From contig NC_043008.1 in NCBI RefSeq assembly GCF_006345805.1, forward strand, positions 67,828,001-67,892,000: DNA of 64,000 nucleotides, given 5' to 3'. The DNA is from Octopus sinensis. Taxonomy: Eukaryota. Of the stretch, positions 1 through 13,371 are shown one piece after another. The notes beneath the pieces were generated by a model, which worked only from the letters and a program-made list of their open reading frames with translations, did not search any database and had not been told where the DNA came from. Each line of letters starts with the position of its first letter. Position 1 is the first letter of the stretch. A program made the position numbers and the translations under genes.

Positions 1-114
1 GGGGTTCTTTCTTTCTCCCTCTTTTCCTCTTTCCCATTATTTAACCTACTTGCATTCGTAAAATATTAATCTATTTTTCTGCATTTTCACATTTTTATCG
101 AAAAATAAATCAAA

Positions 115-357
115 GGCCTTTCCCGAGCTGATAATGCTGGTTTCCTGGATGCTTCTATGACGTATATAACCTACTCTCCCCATCTCTACGGGGCTTCGGT
201 CCGTCGCACGATTACTTATTTTTACCAACTGAGTAGAACAGAGTGACGTAAAATGAGGTGTTTTCCTTCAAAAATATAATGCAATCAAGAATCAAATTCC
301 GGTCCAAGAATCAAAACCGTATCCTTACGATCATGAATGCAATAACCTAATCCAGTA
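115..357 (-). mobile_element. tRNA-headed SINE, 'family F', degenerate copy
   Basis: Reverse strand matches the 19365-19620 copy (cttacgatcatga, acgt-aaatga-gtgtttt, tttttacca-ctgagt). Confidence 0.55.
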
Positions 358-780
358 GTTCTCACCCAAAGTCCACTTGACCCCCTGGGGATCCCTATAA
401 GATTTTTTTGTGGGGTGGGGGTCCATGTTAGCAAAATTTCAAATCCGCAATGTTATTTTAAGGACTCATGAAAAGTTTTGATTTAAATGTATGTATTGCA
501 AAAAACATTTAGGTTTCTTTCTCTGGAATTGAAAGAAGTATCTATGAAATTAGATTTTAAACAACGAAAGATTATGGGGGTTCACCAGAATGAAATGGTA
601 AACAAAGGATTCATAGGGGAAAAAAATGGTTGAGAACCAGTGCCCTAATTATAATTATGTTTATAATTATAATAATTGTTTGTATAAGTTTACCGAGAAT
701 GGTTCTTTTAACATACCAAACTACTTGGTAAGATTATTAATTATAAATTGATTACTTAATTTTACACTTTATTATAATAG

Positions 781-851
781 AGATAGATAGAGAGATAGAT
801 AGATAGATAGATAGATAGATACATACATACATACATACATACATACATACA

Positions 852-883
<32 letters not shown>

Positions 884-1060
884 CATATATATATATATAG
901 CTACATATAATTTTAAATTTAAATAATTTAAATTTTAAATTTTATATTTTATATATTTTGTAAATTATATTAATTATTTTTATTTTTATGTTTTGGTTTA
1001 TGTTTTTCACTGTTTCATTTCCCTAATTGTGGTTTTATCTCAAATTTAATTTATATTTTA

Positions 1061-1143
<83 letters not shown>

Positions 1144-1271
1144 TATTACATGCATGTATGTATGTGTATGTATATATCTCTCTCACCCTCTCTGTCTCCA
1201 TATACATACTATACATATATAGTTATATATATGGTTGAGTATACATGTATGTATGTATGTATGTATGTATG

Positions 1272-1305
<34 letters not shown>

Positions 1306-1362
1306 CGTATGTATGCATGTATGTATATATGTATGTATGTACGTATGTATATATGTAGGTAG
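781..1362. repeat. (GATA)n/(CATA)n/(TA)n/(GTAT)n microsatellite complex
   Basis: Direct read; source of the YI/VCMY-repeat ORFs. Confidence 0.9.
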
Positions 1363-1793
1363 GTGTCTATGCACGTATTACAATCAGCTTCGAAAGATTT
1401 TCTAAACAGCTGTTGAAAATGGTTTTGAGGTTTGTATCTTGTCAACGGAAGTAGAACCACCTACGCCATCTTTTATGCGAATTTCCTGTGTTTTATACAT
1501 TAAACAAAAATATTTCATTTTAAATACAACGACATTACGTCATCATTATATTTCTTTGAAGTCATTTTTAAGTGGAAGTTGTGGCGATGACTTGGCAGAA
1601 ATTGTTAAACGGCGATGAAAAGCATACCTTAATCTATGTTCTCTAAAATTCGGAAATATGCCTTCTTGCCCACTCAGGATCAATAACCAATGCAGTTAGT
1701 AACATACAACTAGTTGTTTAACTGAAAATTTAATTCCTTGCTACGCCCCACCCTTTATACATATATTCTCCGTGATGAAATGAAAACCCAATA

Positions 1794-1959
1794 CAGTAAT
1801 ACATCGCCATATCGCGGTTCACCTATCGCTGTTCACTAATCGCGGGTCACCTATCGCGGTTTATTATCTAAACTCACGTCGATTCCACCGTGATGTTGTT
1901 TTGCATTTATAATAAAATAAATATGTACAAACTATAAAAATAATAATAATAACAATAAC

Positions 1960-1995
<36 letters not shown>

Positions 1996-2133
1996 TATAA
2001 TAATAATAATAAAATAGTAATAATAATAATAATAACAAAATAATAATAATAATAATAACAATAACATCCTAATAATAATAATAAATAATAATAATAATAA
2101 TCTAACACACAACAATAATATACTAATACTAAC

Positions 2134-2177
<44 letters not shown>

Positions 2178-2350
2178 TACTAATAATAATAATAATAATA
2201 TATAATACATAATAATGATAATAATAACAATAATAATAGAATAATAATCATAATAATAATATAATAATAATAATAAATACATTACTGTTTCTGTTTCGCG
2301 GATTTTCACCTATCACAGTGGGGTTTGGAACGTAACACTCGGGATTGCTG
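1794..2350 (+). mobile_element. pogo/Tigger-type MITE with an internal (AAT)n tract (~1935-2280)
   Basis: Starts TA|CAGTAATACATCGCC and ends GGGATTGCTG (imperfect TIR). About 4 tandem ATCGCGGTTCACCT subrepeats lie near the left end. Confidence 0.6.
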
Positions 2351-2409
2351 TGCTATCACTTTCTGAGAGTGCGTTGCGTTTATGTCTTCAATATAAGGTT
2401 AATGCCTTC

Positions 2410-2640
2410 GGTCGAGCTGGCAGAAATGTTAGCATGCCGGGCGAAATGCGTAGCCGTATTTCGTCTACTGTTACGTTCTGAGTTCAAATTCCGTCGAGGT
2501 CGACTTTGCCTTTCATCCTTTCGGGGTCGATTAAATAAGTACCAGTTACGTACTGGGGTCGATATAATCGACTTAATCCGTTTGTCTGTCCTTGTTTGTC
2601 CTCTCTGTGTTTAGCCCCTTGTGGGTAGTAAAGAAATAGG
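2410..2640 (+). mobile_element. SINE 'family A' (tRNA-like head, tail 1)
   Basis: gagctggcagaa...gagttcaaattcc...tcggggtcga...gccccttgtgggtagtaaagaaata; matches copies at 29.2, 37.7 and 42.4 kb. Confidence 0.85.
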
Positions 2641-2759
2641 TAAAGTAATTAATGCCTCAGCATCTCGCCACCTCTTTCCTAATTTACAAGGGTGTTGTCT
2701 CTTATCTAGTGAAACAAATACGACCGGTAGTATCAAAAAATACATCACATTTTTCTCTT

Positions 2760-3070
2760 ATAGTCTTCTCTAAATACTTGGTTTATTCTTTCCCATCGCA
2801 ATGATTCATGAGACCGACGTTTAGGACTACTTTTTCTAGCGTAATGTAGATGAGAGATTTATTTACACCGGCATAGTACGCTAGTGTACAAGAGGCAGTT
2901 TCTCTTTACTGATGTAATTGAAATCAGCACTGAAATGGGACTACAACTCGGATTCGAGTTACAGTCTTGGTGTAGATCTTGTGTGAGCATGCACCATGGT
3001 TTCACAATTTGTTTTAGAAACCTAGGCACTTGCGAACAGTTATAGACATCTTCTCAGCCGCCTGCTTTTA
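2760..3070 (-). pseudogene. Possible very old CR1/L2-type LINE ORF2 C-terminal remnant
   Basis: Frameshifted translation gives CLGF, MVHAH, DCNS and ESLRWE, loosely resembling CR1/L2 C-termini. Confidence 0.25.
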
Positions 3071-3114
3071 ATCACACGGGATATCGAGGATGGAATGGCT
3101 AGAGGGAGAGAAGG

Positions 3115-3270
3115 CTGTATTGGTACTTAGCTGGTACTCATTTCAGCTGAGTTTATTGATGCAACATGAAATGAAATGCTTTTCTCAAAAACATAGTGTG
3201 CTGCTAAGTCCTTAACTTGAGCCACGTTTATAATGGTGTGCCCAGCACCCTAACCATTAGGCTACACACT
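3115..3270 (-). mobile_element. SINE family F fragment
   Basis: ctcatttcagctgagt...caacatgaaatgaaatgctttt...ccctaaccattaggc resembles 19365-19620. Confidence 0.45.
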
Positions 3271-3315
3271 TAATTCATAGACACACTCACCCTCACACAC
3301 AAACACACACACACA

Positions 3316-3347
<32 letters not shown>

Positions 3348-3348
3348 A

Positions 3349-3408
<60 letters not shown>

Positions 3409-3434
3409 CACACACAAATATATATATATATACA

Positions 3435-3958
3435 CACAATGACAGAAGTAAATAGAGACCCCATAAAACATCGTTTTAATTTTATTCTAAATTGTAAAGG
3501 TTTATAGTATTTATTAATTGAATTGTTTATGTTTTAGGTTCTATGTGTGACTGTTTAATCATGTTATGTACAAAAGAAGCCTTGAAACTGTCTGTATTTC
3601 AAAGAATGTGGGTCATTCCGAATGTGACGTAAAATCGTAATAAACCTAGGGATCTCGCTTTCTACAGTTAACAGAGTGATTGTGCAATTCACCAGAGAGA
3701 AGAAAGCGTCCACATCACCTCACCCAGATCAACAAGAGCCCTCTAACAGGAACCTTCTCCTTGCTAAGAGAAGTGTGGAGGATAATCTTCATTGCAAGGC
3801 TTCTGACACAGCCGATGTCCCAGATCAGCTGTCAGGTATCTTCACAAACTTGGTTCCTATGACAGAGAAGCAGGAAGGAAGCCACTTCTTCGACTAGTCA
3901 ACATCAAGCAGAGAAAAGATTGGGCCAGTGAGATGGGGGAAGAGGCCACAACCCTTTG
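3435..3958 (+). mobile_element. Tc1-like transposon 5' part (degenerate transposase N-terminus), cut by the assembly gap
   Basis: Translates as RKIVINLGISLSTVNRVIVQF...AVRYLHKLG...RKPLLRLVNIKQRKDWASEM (Tc1 HTH region). The 5' motif atgacagaagtaaataga recurs at ~34.67 kb. Confidence 0.75.
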
Positions 3959-4058
3959 NNNNNNNNNNNNNNNNNNNNNNNNNNNNNNNNNNNNNNNNNN
4001 NNNNNNNNNNNNNNNNNNNNNNNNNNNNNNNNNNNNNNNNNNNNNNNNNNNNNNNNNN
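3959..4058. other. Assembly gap (100 N)
   Basis: Run of exactly 100 N. Confidence 1.
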
Positions 4059-4607
4059 CCATAAATCTACGGATAACAACATGTAATCAAAACCGTGCCG
4101 GTGCTTTACTCAACATCTATTTATACATTTTGCATAATTTTTTCATGATATATATATATATAATATGCGTGTGTGTGTTGTCTACACCATAATAATTGAA
4201 AAACTTTTTAGAGGACGTGAAATAATTCATTTAACTCAAAGTAGATAATCCTCTAAAGAGTAACTTGTAAATACAGCCTTAAAAATCACTGTGGACGGAA
4301 AATGTCGTAGGCTGTTCTGGAACTATGTGTCGGTAAAGATGGCTGTTTGAGGGTTGTATAAACACGTTGACAATTCCGATTGCTATGAAATCTTTTTTGA
4401 TACAAACGCTTCTCACAGTAAATTTAGTTCAGCGAGTGTTGAGCGTACGTGTGTGTATGGACCTGTGTATGAATGCATATGTACATTTGCATTTGTGTCT
4501 GTGCGCGGTGTATGTTAGGTGGCGATGGTATTAATGAAATAGTGGAATGTAAAAGGTGACAGTGATATTTCTTTTGGAAGTAAACATTTGAGCATTTGTA
4601 GACTTGA

Positions 4608-4609
4608 TT

Positions 4610-4641
<32 letters not shown>

Positions 4642-5444
4642 GGTGGTGGTGGTGGTGGTGATGATGATGATGATGAAGAAGAGGAGGAGGAGATGAGGAG
4701 GAGGTGAAGGGGAGGTGGGGTGCAGGTGGGGGCAATAAGAAGAATATCACCACAATGATAATGATATTGAAGAGACGGAGAAAGGTGGAGGAGAAGGATG
4801 AGGATAATAATAGGAATGATGACTATAAGGCTGACGATGGTAAGGAGGAGGAAGAAGAAGAAGAAGAAGAAGAAGAAGAAGAAGAAGAAGATGAGCAACA
4901 CCAACAAGAACAACAAGAGGGTGATGATCAGGAGGTAGACGATGTTAGTAGTGCTCATGAAGAGGAAGGAGATAATGGCGTTGATGAGTAGAATGATGAA
5001 GACGATGATGATGATGATGAGAAAGAGGAGGAGAATGGTGATGATGATGATGATGATGATGGTAGTGGTGGTGGTGGTGTTGGTGTTGGTGGTGGTGGTC
5101 GTGGTGGTGGTGGTCGTCGTCGTCGATGCGGTGGTGCCGGCGTCGGTGCTGATGGTGGCGGTGATGTTAGTGGTGGTGGTGGTGGGGGTGGTAGCTGTCG
5201 TCGTCATCATTGTCATCGCCGCCGTCGCAGTGATGGTGGTAATGATTGGGTGTTACTTGTTTTATTGTGCAATTTCAACTTGCAGTGTTAGCCGCAGAAA
5301 ATGTTAACTTGTTCGTTTTGTTGTTATTGCTATTGCTTTGTTTGTTAATTCTGTTATTCATTTCGTACACTTTTTGCTGGTCATAACTGTGATGATCACA
5401 ATGACGATGATGATGATGATAACGATGATTATGATGACGATAAC

Positions 5445-5487
<43 letters not shown>

Positions 5488-5530
5488 TGATGATGATGAC
5501 GACGACGACGATGATGACGATGATGATCAA
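4608..5530. repeat. Compound trinucleotide microsatellites (GAT/GGT/GAA/GAG/GTC)
   Basis: Direct read; produces poly-H/T/E/V/M ORFs in several frames. Confidence 0.9.
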
Positions 5531-5637
5531 TTGATATTTATAATTATTAGATTTTAGGTATACATACATACATACATACATACATACATACATACATACA
5601 TACATACATACATACATACATACATACATACGTACAT

Positions 5638-6060
5638 AGACCTGATATAATGATTTGAGATAGAGAAGAGAAGCTGTGTACAGTCGTGGAAATCAGCACC
5701 CCAGCAGATGTTAACATAAAGCTGAAGATCAGTGAAAAAGAGAACAATTATGCTGAACAATTGAGAAATCTGTAGTTACTCTATCCAGATTACAAGTTCA
5801 GGTTTATACCTGTGATTATTGGATTCCTAGGATATATAACACACTGCCTGAACACCAATCTTGAGAAATTAGGCTTCTGAAAATCAGTACGTAGAAAGCG
5901 GATTTGAAGACTACAGATCTAATCCATCACTGGAACTGTAAAAATCTGTAAAACTTTCTAGAAGTTTATCATTTAAGTATATATGTGCATCTCTAGACAT
6001 GCAGCTATATGCATGAGAAGACATACATAAAACAAAACATACAAATCTGCTCATAAAATA
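5638..6060 (+). mobile_element. 3' end of an RLE-type (R4/Dong-like) non-LTR retrotransposon in (TACA)n
   Basis: From 5638: RPDIMI*DREEKLCTVVEISTPADVNIKLKISEKENNY...FIPVIIGFLGY (RPD..E..K restriction-like endonuclease). Flanked by (TACA)n on both sides. Confidence 0.75.
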
Positions 6061-6157
6061 CTACATACATAAATACATACATACATTACATACATAATAC
6101 ATACTACATACATTACATACATACATACATACATAATACATACATACATACATACAT

Positions 6158-6693
6158 GGTGGCTGCCCCCTCGTTATCGAGTATGGCCATTGCACGAAGC
6201 TTAATCAATGTTGTTATCGTGCAATGCTGTGCAAGAAGATATTTTTAAGTGAGGAAAGGCTGTGAACGGAGTCAATCCCACTCACTAAGCAACAGCAGCC
6301 ATTAATCCGAAAAGAAGAACAAGTCAACATCATCGGTAACCACTGAGCCGCAGGTTTTATGTCGGAGTTATCCCAGTTACCTGAGTTACCTTCTCCTAGA
6401 AGGATGCCCTGACAAAGGCTAGGAGTCCTTCACTCCCAACGGTTTAACTGCACGATCGGGTATTCAATCCGATTATTTCTATGTCCCCGCGCATGATACA
6501 GCTTTAAGACATTTATTGGATGGTCGTTGACTCTCAAGAGTTCCACCGCCCTTTGACGGGTTTTGTTTTTCATCCCGCAGGGTGACCAATAAACACCCTC
6601 CTGGTGGGGTTGCCGGTTTAGTCGCCGACGACCCGACCATGCAACAGGTAGTACTGGGTTACATGTTACCAGTAGCACTCGAAAGTGACCTGA
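6158..6693 (+). mobile_element. Non-autonomous retroposon 'element E' (possibly RTE-related), with (CATA)n tail
   Basis: Bounded by (CATA)n. Its 3' ~170 bp (ccgccctttgac...cccgcagggt...tactgggttacatgttaccagtagc...ctgacat) recurs at 49930-50112. Confidence 0.55.
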
Positions 6694-7414
6694 CATACAT
6701 ACATACATACATACATACATACATACAAATACCATACATACATACATACATACATACATACATACATACATGCATACAGAACAAATGTAGCAGAAATTAG
6801 AATAAACACATTTTGATTACTTGGAGTCCTCCACTGAGTGTTCCAAATGCATTTTATCTCTTCTGGAAAAGGAGCCAAAAAGTCGCATATCAATAGGATA
6901 AATAGAAATGCTAGGAACAAATTTACAAGCGTCTATGAAAGAGTAGAAACAATGAAGAAAATATAGTAGTATACGTGCAACCAGACAGACCTAAGTAAAT
7001 TCAGACTTTGCAAAGCAATCATATAAATCCGGTTGTTAGAGAAGAATTAACGCCTTCCAAAAAAAAAAAAAAACGTTTCGATTCATTATCATATCAACGA
7101 TTATTCTTTCTTTTATCATGTTACCATTCAATACGATATTTTTATTGGCAATTGCGGGCATTGAAATATTCAGTTACGCATGCAGCGTGATGTGTGCGGG
7201 TGTGAGTGCGTGCGTGTGTGTGTGTGTGTGTGCGTGTGTGTGTGTGTGTACATACATATATACACACTCACACACTTGCACATATCTATATGTGTAAATA
7301 TTAATCTATTTATCAATATATATGTACGTACGTAACATATCGTATAATTATAAACAGGGCAAATTTTAACTACTTCTCCGCAGACTGTGCACATATAAAC
7401 ATCCATAGATGAAT

Positions 7415-7419
7415 AGATC

Positions 7420-7469
<50 letters not shown>

Positions 7470-7470
7470 C

Positions 7471-7546
<76 letters not shown>

Positions 7547-7593
7547 GATAGATAATATATAGACAGTAAGTAGATAGATAGATATAGATAGAT

Positions 7594-7625
<32 letters not shown>

Positions 7626-7649
7626 TAGATAGATAGATAGACAGGTAAG

Positions 7650-7737
<88 letters not shown>
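7415..7737. repeat. (TAGA)n microsatellite
   Basis: Direct read. Confidence 0.95.
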
Positions 7738-7787
7738 AAGGCTTAAGTATATTCAAACACACGTACATATCTATACACGTATACATA

Positions 7788-8620
7788 CGAGGTTTGTCCA
7801 TAAATAAATCGAACTTCTAAAAAAGGCATCCTTACTTACAAAATAGCACACACACCCTCTATTACCTATACCCAACCCCACAATTGATACACAGCTTCTG
7901 AACTTTGTCTACGTTTGGAACCCATCCTAAATGCTTTTTTTATCGTAGCCAGTTTTCTGCGACCTGTTCCAGTGTCCTATCATGGTGAATTTCAGAACTG
8001 AGAATAGAGAAAATCCACAGGGCCCACATCTCGAGAGCAGAGCAATTAGAGGAGGAGAGACGTATTTTACTTTATTAACAAGTTACAGGTAAGTAGATAT
8101 GCATGAGCAGGTGTTCTGTCGGTTCATTGCCATAAAGTCATTGTCCAAATTCAGTTTGTCCGTGCCTCAGTCTTCTCCTGTAACTCTTCTTATCTCAAAT
8201 ACTTTCAGTTCAGTTAAGTAAAACTCTTTATTATTCATCTGGACTACGTGAAATAAATTCATGATAGGTGACGCTTTTGAAATAATAAGAACAGCCAATT
8301 AAAATCACTCTACATTTGAGTAACACTGACGTGCTTTTGCAGGTTCGTGATGCATTTGTTCTAACCCACTATGAGAACTATCTTCTTATGTTTTGACATC
8401 ATAGCCATACACCAATATTTCTACCTATCTTATAACGTTACAGGAACATTAAAGTGGTGTTCCACAGCGGAAAGAATTACTCATCGTGTCCCGTAAAACA
8501 TCCGACACTCAAATATTGAAAGTAAAAGCGTAACACGGACGGCAGTATCACTCTGCACACGGTTCATCAAGACTTGCTGTGATTCGATCTTAGTTCACAT
8601 GATTCTTTTAGAAGCCACTG
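7788..8620 (-). mobile_element. Highly degenerate mariner (DD34D-type) element
   Basis: End reads TA|CGAGGTTTGTCCA. Minus-strand remnants of WVYGYDVET, KARQ, DNAPAH and PPYSPD..P.DF.LF. Confidence 0.65.
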
Positions 8621-8729
8621 AAACTAATCATTCAATTGATTGGCCGATAGTCTACCAACCTGACTATTTACGTTCCCCTGTGATTACATACTTAAGAATA
8701 AATATGATTTATATGCATTGTGAATCGTA

Positions 8730-8768
<39 letters not shown>

Positions 8769-8991
8769 TATATAATATAATATATAATCACAATAAGGCA
8801 CACACAGAGAAAGAGAGAGAGGGGGTGATTCAAATAAATACAGAGAGAGGGCTTATGTGTGATTCAAATAAACAGATAAAACCTTGGTTTTAATATACAA
8901 TATATATATATGTATGTATGCATGTATGTATGATGTAATATATATATATATATATATAATATATATATATATAATATGTATGGTATATATA

Positions 8992-9072
<81 letters not shown>

Positions 9073-9104
9073 TTAGAGAAATATATTTATATATTTACAG
9101 AAAT

Positions 9105-9640
9105 ATATTTTACAGATAACAAAAGACGAAGACAGGTGTAGGAACAACAAGTAGGTGTATTAGTTTAACGCTCGGGAAAAATATAGAAAATTCTTTTACT
9201 TTCGAGCCTATGTATGTGTGTGTGTATGTCTGCCTGTGTGTGCGCGTGCGCACGCTTTAATAGAACGAAGAAACTTATTCAGATTACATAGAAGGAAGAA
9301 GGCGTTACAAGTCCGACAGCTGTTTCTGGGGGCTCGGAGTTACTTCATAATGTTGGCAGATGTAGTTCATCAAAAATTTGCAGGCAGTAATGGAGCAAAT
9401 AAAGATTGGTAAAATCTTTTATTAGGGTTGATGGATAAGTGTCTAACGTATCAGATCATTATGCATGGAAATTTAAAGGTAGAATAGGTATAGTAGAAGG
9501 CAATGAAGTGGTAGTGGCAGGAGATGGTTGGTGGTTAGATAGAAGTATGTGAAATTTTGGAGCAAGGGAAGGGATAGGAAATCAGAGAGTTATATCAAGA
9601 TGATGGAGGGGTGAGTGAACAGGGTACTGAAAGAGTCAGT
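9105..9640 (-). mobile_element. Probable Penelope-like element 3' end/pLTR remnant with a decayed hammerhead
   Basis: Minus strand has ...ATGAAG...GAAACAGCTGTC (~9315-9355). The 9120-9200 segment recurs at ~56490-56560. Confidence 0.35.
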
Positions 9641-10489
9641 ATTAGTTACTAATACTAACTCTCTTAGTACCCTAGTCATTCGATTTGATACACAGTAACT
9701 AAAATCTCGTTCAAACAACATTCTACAGCATTAAGAAAAGAAGTACATATCAGATAGTGTGGTCGTAGGTACTCTAAGATGAGATGTTCACCGCTGAAAC
9801 AATTTTCTTAGTAACTTTCCTGAGTTAGAGTCAACTGGAGACTAAACAACAAACACCGCTGCTGTGCATGAGAAATTTTTCTAGAGTGGGTTCCGAGGGG
9901 AAAATTCTGGGATCCTGCGACATAAGGAGTCTTTTGATGAAATTTTATAAAAATATATTTTATAAAACAAATGGTATTCACCAGTTTCAAATTTATATTT
10001 TCTTATATGAATAAAATCTTTCTAAAATATTTTTGTCTCATTGAAAGGTTTATTACAATTAGTATGGTATTAGCTCTGCTATTTTAGAACGAATTGTGAA
10101 AGGGTTCGGTCCGGGAACCACCGGTGTAGGCCGAGATAAACAATAAACAAAGAATAGTTTAAGTTACTTTTAGTCAATTGTTGTTTTACTTAATATTTTT
10201 GGATAAATATCTTTTGTTTGTTTGCTTGTTTGTTTGCTTGCTTGTTTGTTTGCTTGCTTGTTTGTTTGTTTGTTTGTTTGTTTGTTTGTTTTCCTATAGA
10301 GATAGCTTATTCGTCAACATACCACTCCGACATCGTTGGTCTCTTTCGTGCAACAATCAAAATGGCATTCATTAAGGACGTTGAGTTTCTTATTACATTA
10401 GTAGCAGGGATTCATATCATATTCACATATTTACATATACACACGTACGGCTATGTAAATATATATGCAAGCGAGCGTATGCATACATA

Positions 10490-10525
<36 letters not shown>

Positions 10526-10686
10526 TGTGTGTGTGTGTGTGTTTCATAAATGCGCATATATTATTCATTCTCACGGCTCGCTTCAAGCATATACATACAT
10601 ACATACATACATGTATATATATATACATATAATATATATATAATATATATATAATATATAATATATACATATATACATTATATATA

Positions 10687-10724
<38 letters not shown>

Positions 10725-11121
10725 TGAGATTTAGTTCTGTTATCGAGGAAGTTGACAAATCGGGTAGTCTGAATGAACAAACAATTTCCTTGTATTTCAA
10801 TCTCTCGTGGGACGTTTTCCTCGTACTTACACAATAGCAAAATTAACTTTACAACTCAAAGGTAAAATATGTTCACTACACTCAACTTCCTAAGTGGATT
10901 GTTAGTCGCTGAATCCAAGCGATGTACACGCACATAGCCATACACAGATATGTGTGTGTCATGCTGTAAGCCCGCAAGTCCTTGACACAAGCGCCGTAGT
11001 AGCATAGGGCATATTTTTAGCTTGGCGGAACCCATCCCTCTCCAGATTTCACCATATTGATTTCTTCGAGGAGGATAGAAAAAGACAGGCAGATAGAGAG
11101 ACAAAGAAAGAAAGAAAGAAA

Positions 11122-11170
<49 letters not shown>

Positions 11171-11539
11171 GAGAAAGAGGGAAAGAAAGAAAGAATGAAT
11201 GAATGAATGAATGAATGAATAACTGAGTTATTTCCCTTAGCTTCCGGAGTAAATTATCCCAAGTGGGGTAAAAATGAAATTCTTCGGGGTAATGGAGACT
11301 CGTTAGACATAAGTAAAATTATATAAAAATCTGCTCCTTGTTACGAGAGAAAATTTTGTTCTGGCAATTCTGCATTTGTCCAATGTAATGGACATGTAAA
11401 TAGGTTCATGTAAATAGATTTCTGGATTTCTATGATTTTCTCCCTTTCAATTCAAGGGGGTAACGTCAGCGTAAATAAATATATTTTGAGGGAATTGGTT
11501 AAAATATTCCCTGGCCCCTGCCTTAGCTCATAACATATT

Positions 11540-11900
11540 AAATTTGGTTAAACGATACCTTCCAATCCTACAGCAATCATCAAATCTGGGAAAAATAATT
11601 AACGAATCATAAGTTATCCACGGCCAAAGACAACTACCAAACCTTAAAAGGCTCTTAAAAAGGGCGAAATTCACATCAAAAGAAGAAATGGTAGGGAAAG
11701 CAAAATGCGGATACCTTCTTTGTGAGGCATGTGAAATAATTAAACTGAGCAAAACCAAAGACTTCAAAAATGGGAAGAAACTGAAGATTGATGCAAACAT
11801 GAATTTCGAAACGAAAACTTTCATATAATGCTTTAGATAACCATAACGCAATGAGAATTATATGGGCCACACAGGACCAAAACTGTTACACCAGATAAGG
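11540..11900 (+). pseudogene. Penelope-like element GIY-YIG endonuclease fragment
   Basis: RYLPILQQS...RQLPNLKRLLKRAKFTS...KCGYLLCEAC...FKNG...I*CF...NENYMGHTG..L. This matches the PLE linker, CxxC and (L)IY-YIG layout, with stops. Confidence 0.7.
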
Positions 11901-11939
11901 GCCAAACTGGGTCAAAATTGATACACCAGGCATATACAT

Positions 11940-12062
11940 ACGAGGGGTCTTCTTTTAGTTTCCGTCTACCAAATCCAGTCACAAGGCTTTGTTTGGCCCG
12001 ACGTTATGGAAGAAGGTACTTGCTCAAGGTGCGATGGTGTGGGATTTAACTTGGAACCACAA
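11940..12062 (-). mobile_element. SINE 'family B' 5' fragment
   Basis: tttccgtctaccaaatcc...cacaaggcttt...acttgctcaaggt. Confidence 0.75.
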
Positions 12063-12088
12063 AACCACACCTGCACATGTATATTTAT

Positions 12089-12328
12089 TTAGGCTGAGTA
12101 AAAAGTAAGCAACATTTTAAAACATGAAATTCATCACAATATATTTCAACAATGCAGAAATTTTATTCATCAAAGTAAGCACCATTACAATCAACACATT
12201 TTTGCCAACAAGTTACAAGTTTGTTTTTTCTGGTAACATAAAAATCTGAAGTTCTGGAGCTGATGAACTCTGTTAAAATCCGGTGCAAATTCTTCATGGT
12301 TCAAAACGTTGCTTACTTTTTACTTAAC

Positions 12329-12332
<4 letters not shown>
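12089..12332. mobile_element. Mariner-derived MITE with ~30 bp TIRs
   Basis: AGGCTGAGTAAAAAGTAAGCAACATTTT ... AAAACGTTGCTTACTTTTTACTTAACCTGA|TA. Confidence 0.75.
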
Positions 12333-12412
<80 letters not shown>

Positions 12413-12464
12413 CCAAATTAAAGGAACGAATCCACATTCCACCTTTATACACCTATATTGCTAT

Positions 12465-12529
<65 letters not shown>

Positions 12530-12549
12530 ACATATACATATACATATAT

Positions 12550-12584
<35 letters not shown>

Positions 12585-12622
12585 TATATACACACACACA
12601 CATAAATATATATATATATATA

Positions 12623-13371
12623 TACAAGATAAGAAAATGGAGAAATACATCTAAATCAAATATCAATTACCAGATAATACTCAATCACATACTTTATTAG
12701 ACCACCACATAAGAGACTGTAGGGTTAAATATAAAAAGCAGAACAAATCAGTGTACATAAAGGAATGTACATAAAAAAGTGTACATAAAAGAGTAATGTT
12801 GTATAATAATTAGAATATATATAAAAAAGAATATAAATACAAGCAAATATAAATATAAGTATAAAATAGATCTTACAGCTGTTTCCGCCATGTCGATAAT
12901 TATGTCTCATTTTACCAATATTAGCCCTTTATGGTTGGTCAATATATAGATATAAATGAGACATTAACAAAAATATCACAAGGCCTCTTCGGAGATTATG
13001 TAATATAACACAGTCTACACATATACCCACATGGGTGTGGGTGCGTACCCACAATACAACATATATATATACATATGAGTGCATATACTCACACTCATAT
13101 ACATATAAAAAAATATACATTTACATAATGATATAAATAAATAATATAAATTAGTAAACATATATACTTTTTTATATATATTCTAATTATTATACAACAT
13201 TACTCTTTTATGTACACTTTTTATGTACATTCCTTTATGTACACTGATTTGTTCTGCTTTTTATATTTAACCCTACAGTCTCTATGTGGTGGTCTAATAA
13301 AGTACTTGATTGAGTATTATCTGGTAATTGATATTTGATTTAGATGTATTTCTCCATTTTCTTATCTTGTA
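12623..13371. repeat. ~205 bp inverted repeat (12623-12829 / 13167-13371, few differences) around a ~340 bp spacer; PLE-type inverted pLTR arrangement
   Basis: Arms are reverse complements with only a few substitutions and indels. Confidence 0.9.
12870..12996 (-). ncRNA. Type I hammerhead ribozyme-like motif with extended stem II (two core mutations)
   Basis: ATCT-CCGAAGA-GGCC...~95 nt...GGCG-GAAACAGCTGTA-AGAT; palindromic stem III ACAGCTGT. Confidence 0.65.

Noticed and set aside
6158-6240. Possible HDV-like ribozyme at the 5' end of element E (10-bp hairpin CATTGCACGA/TCGTGCAATG)
   Set aside because: I could not build P1/P2/P3 in the required nested double-pseudoknot order.
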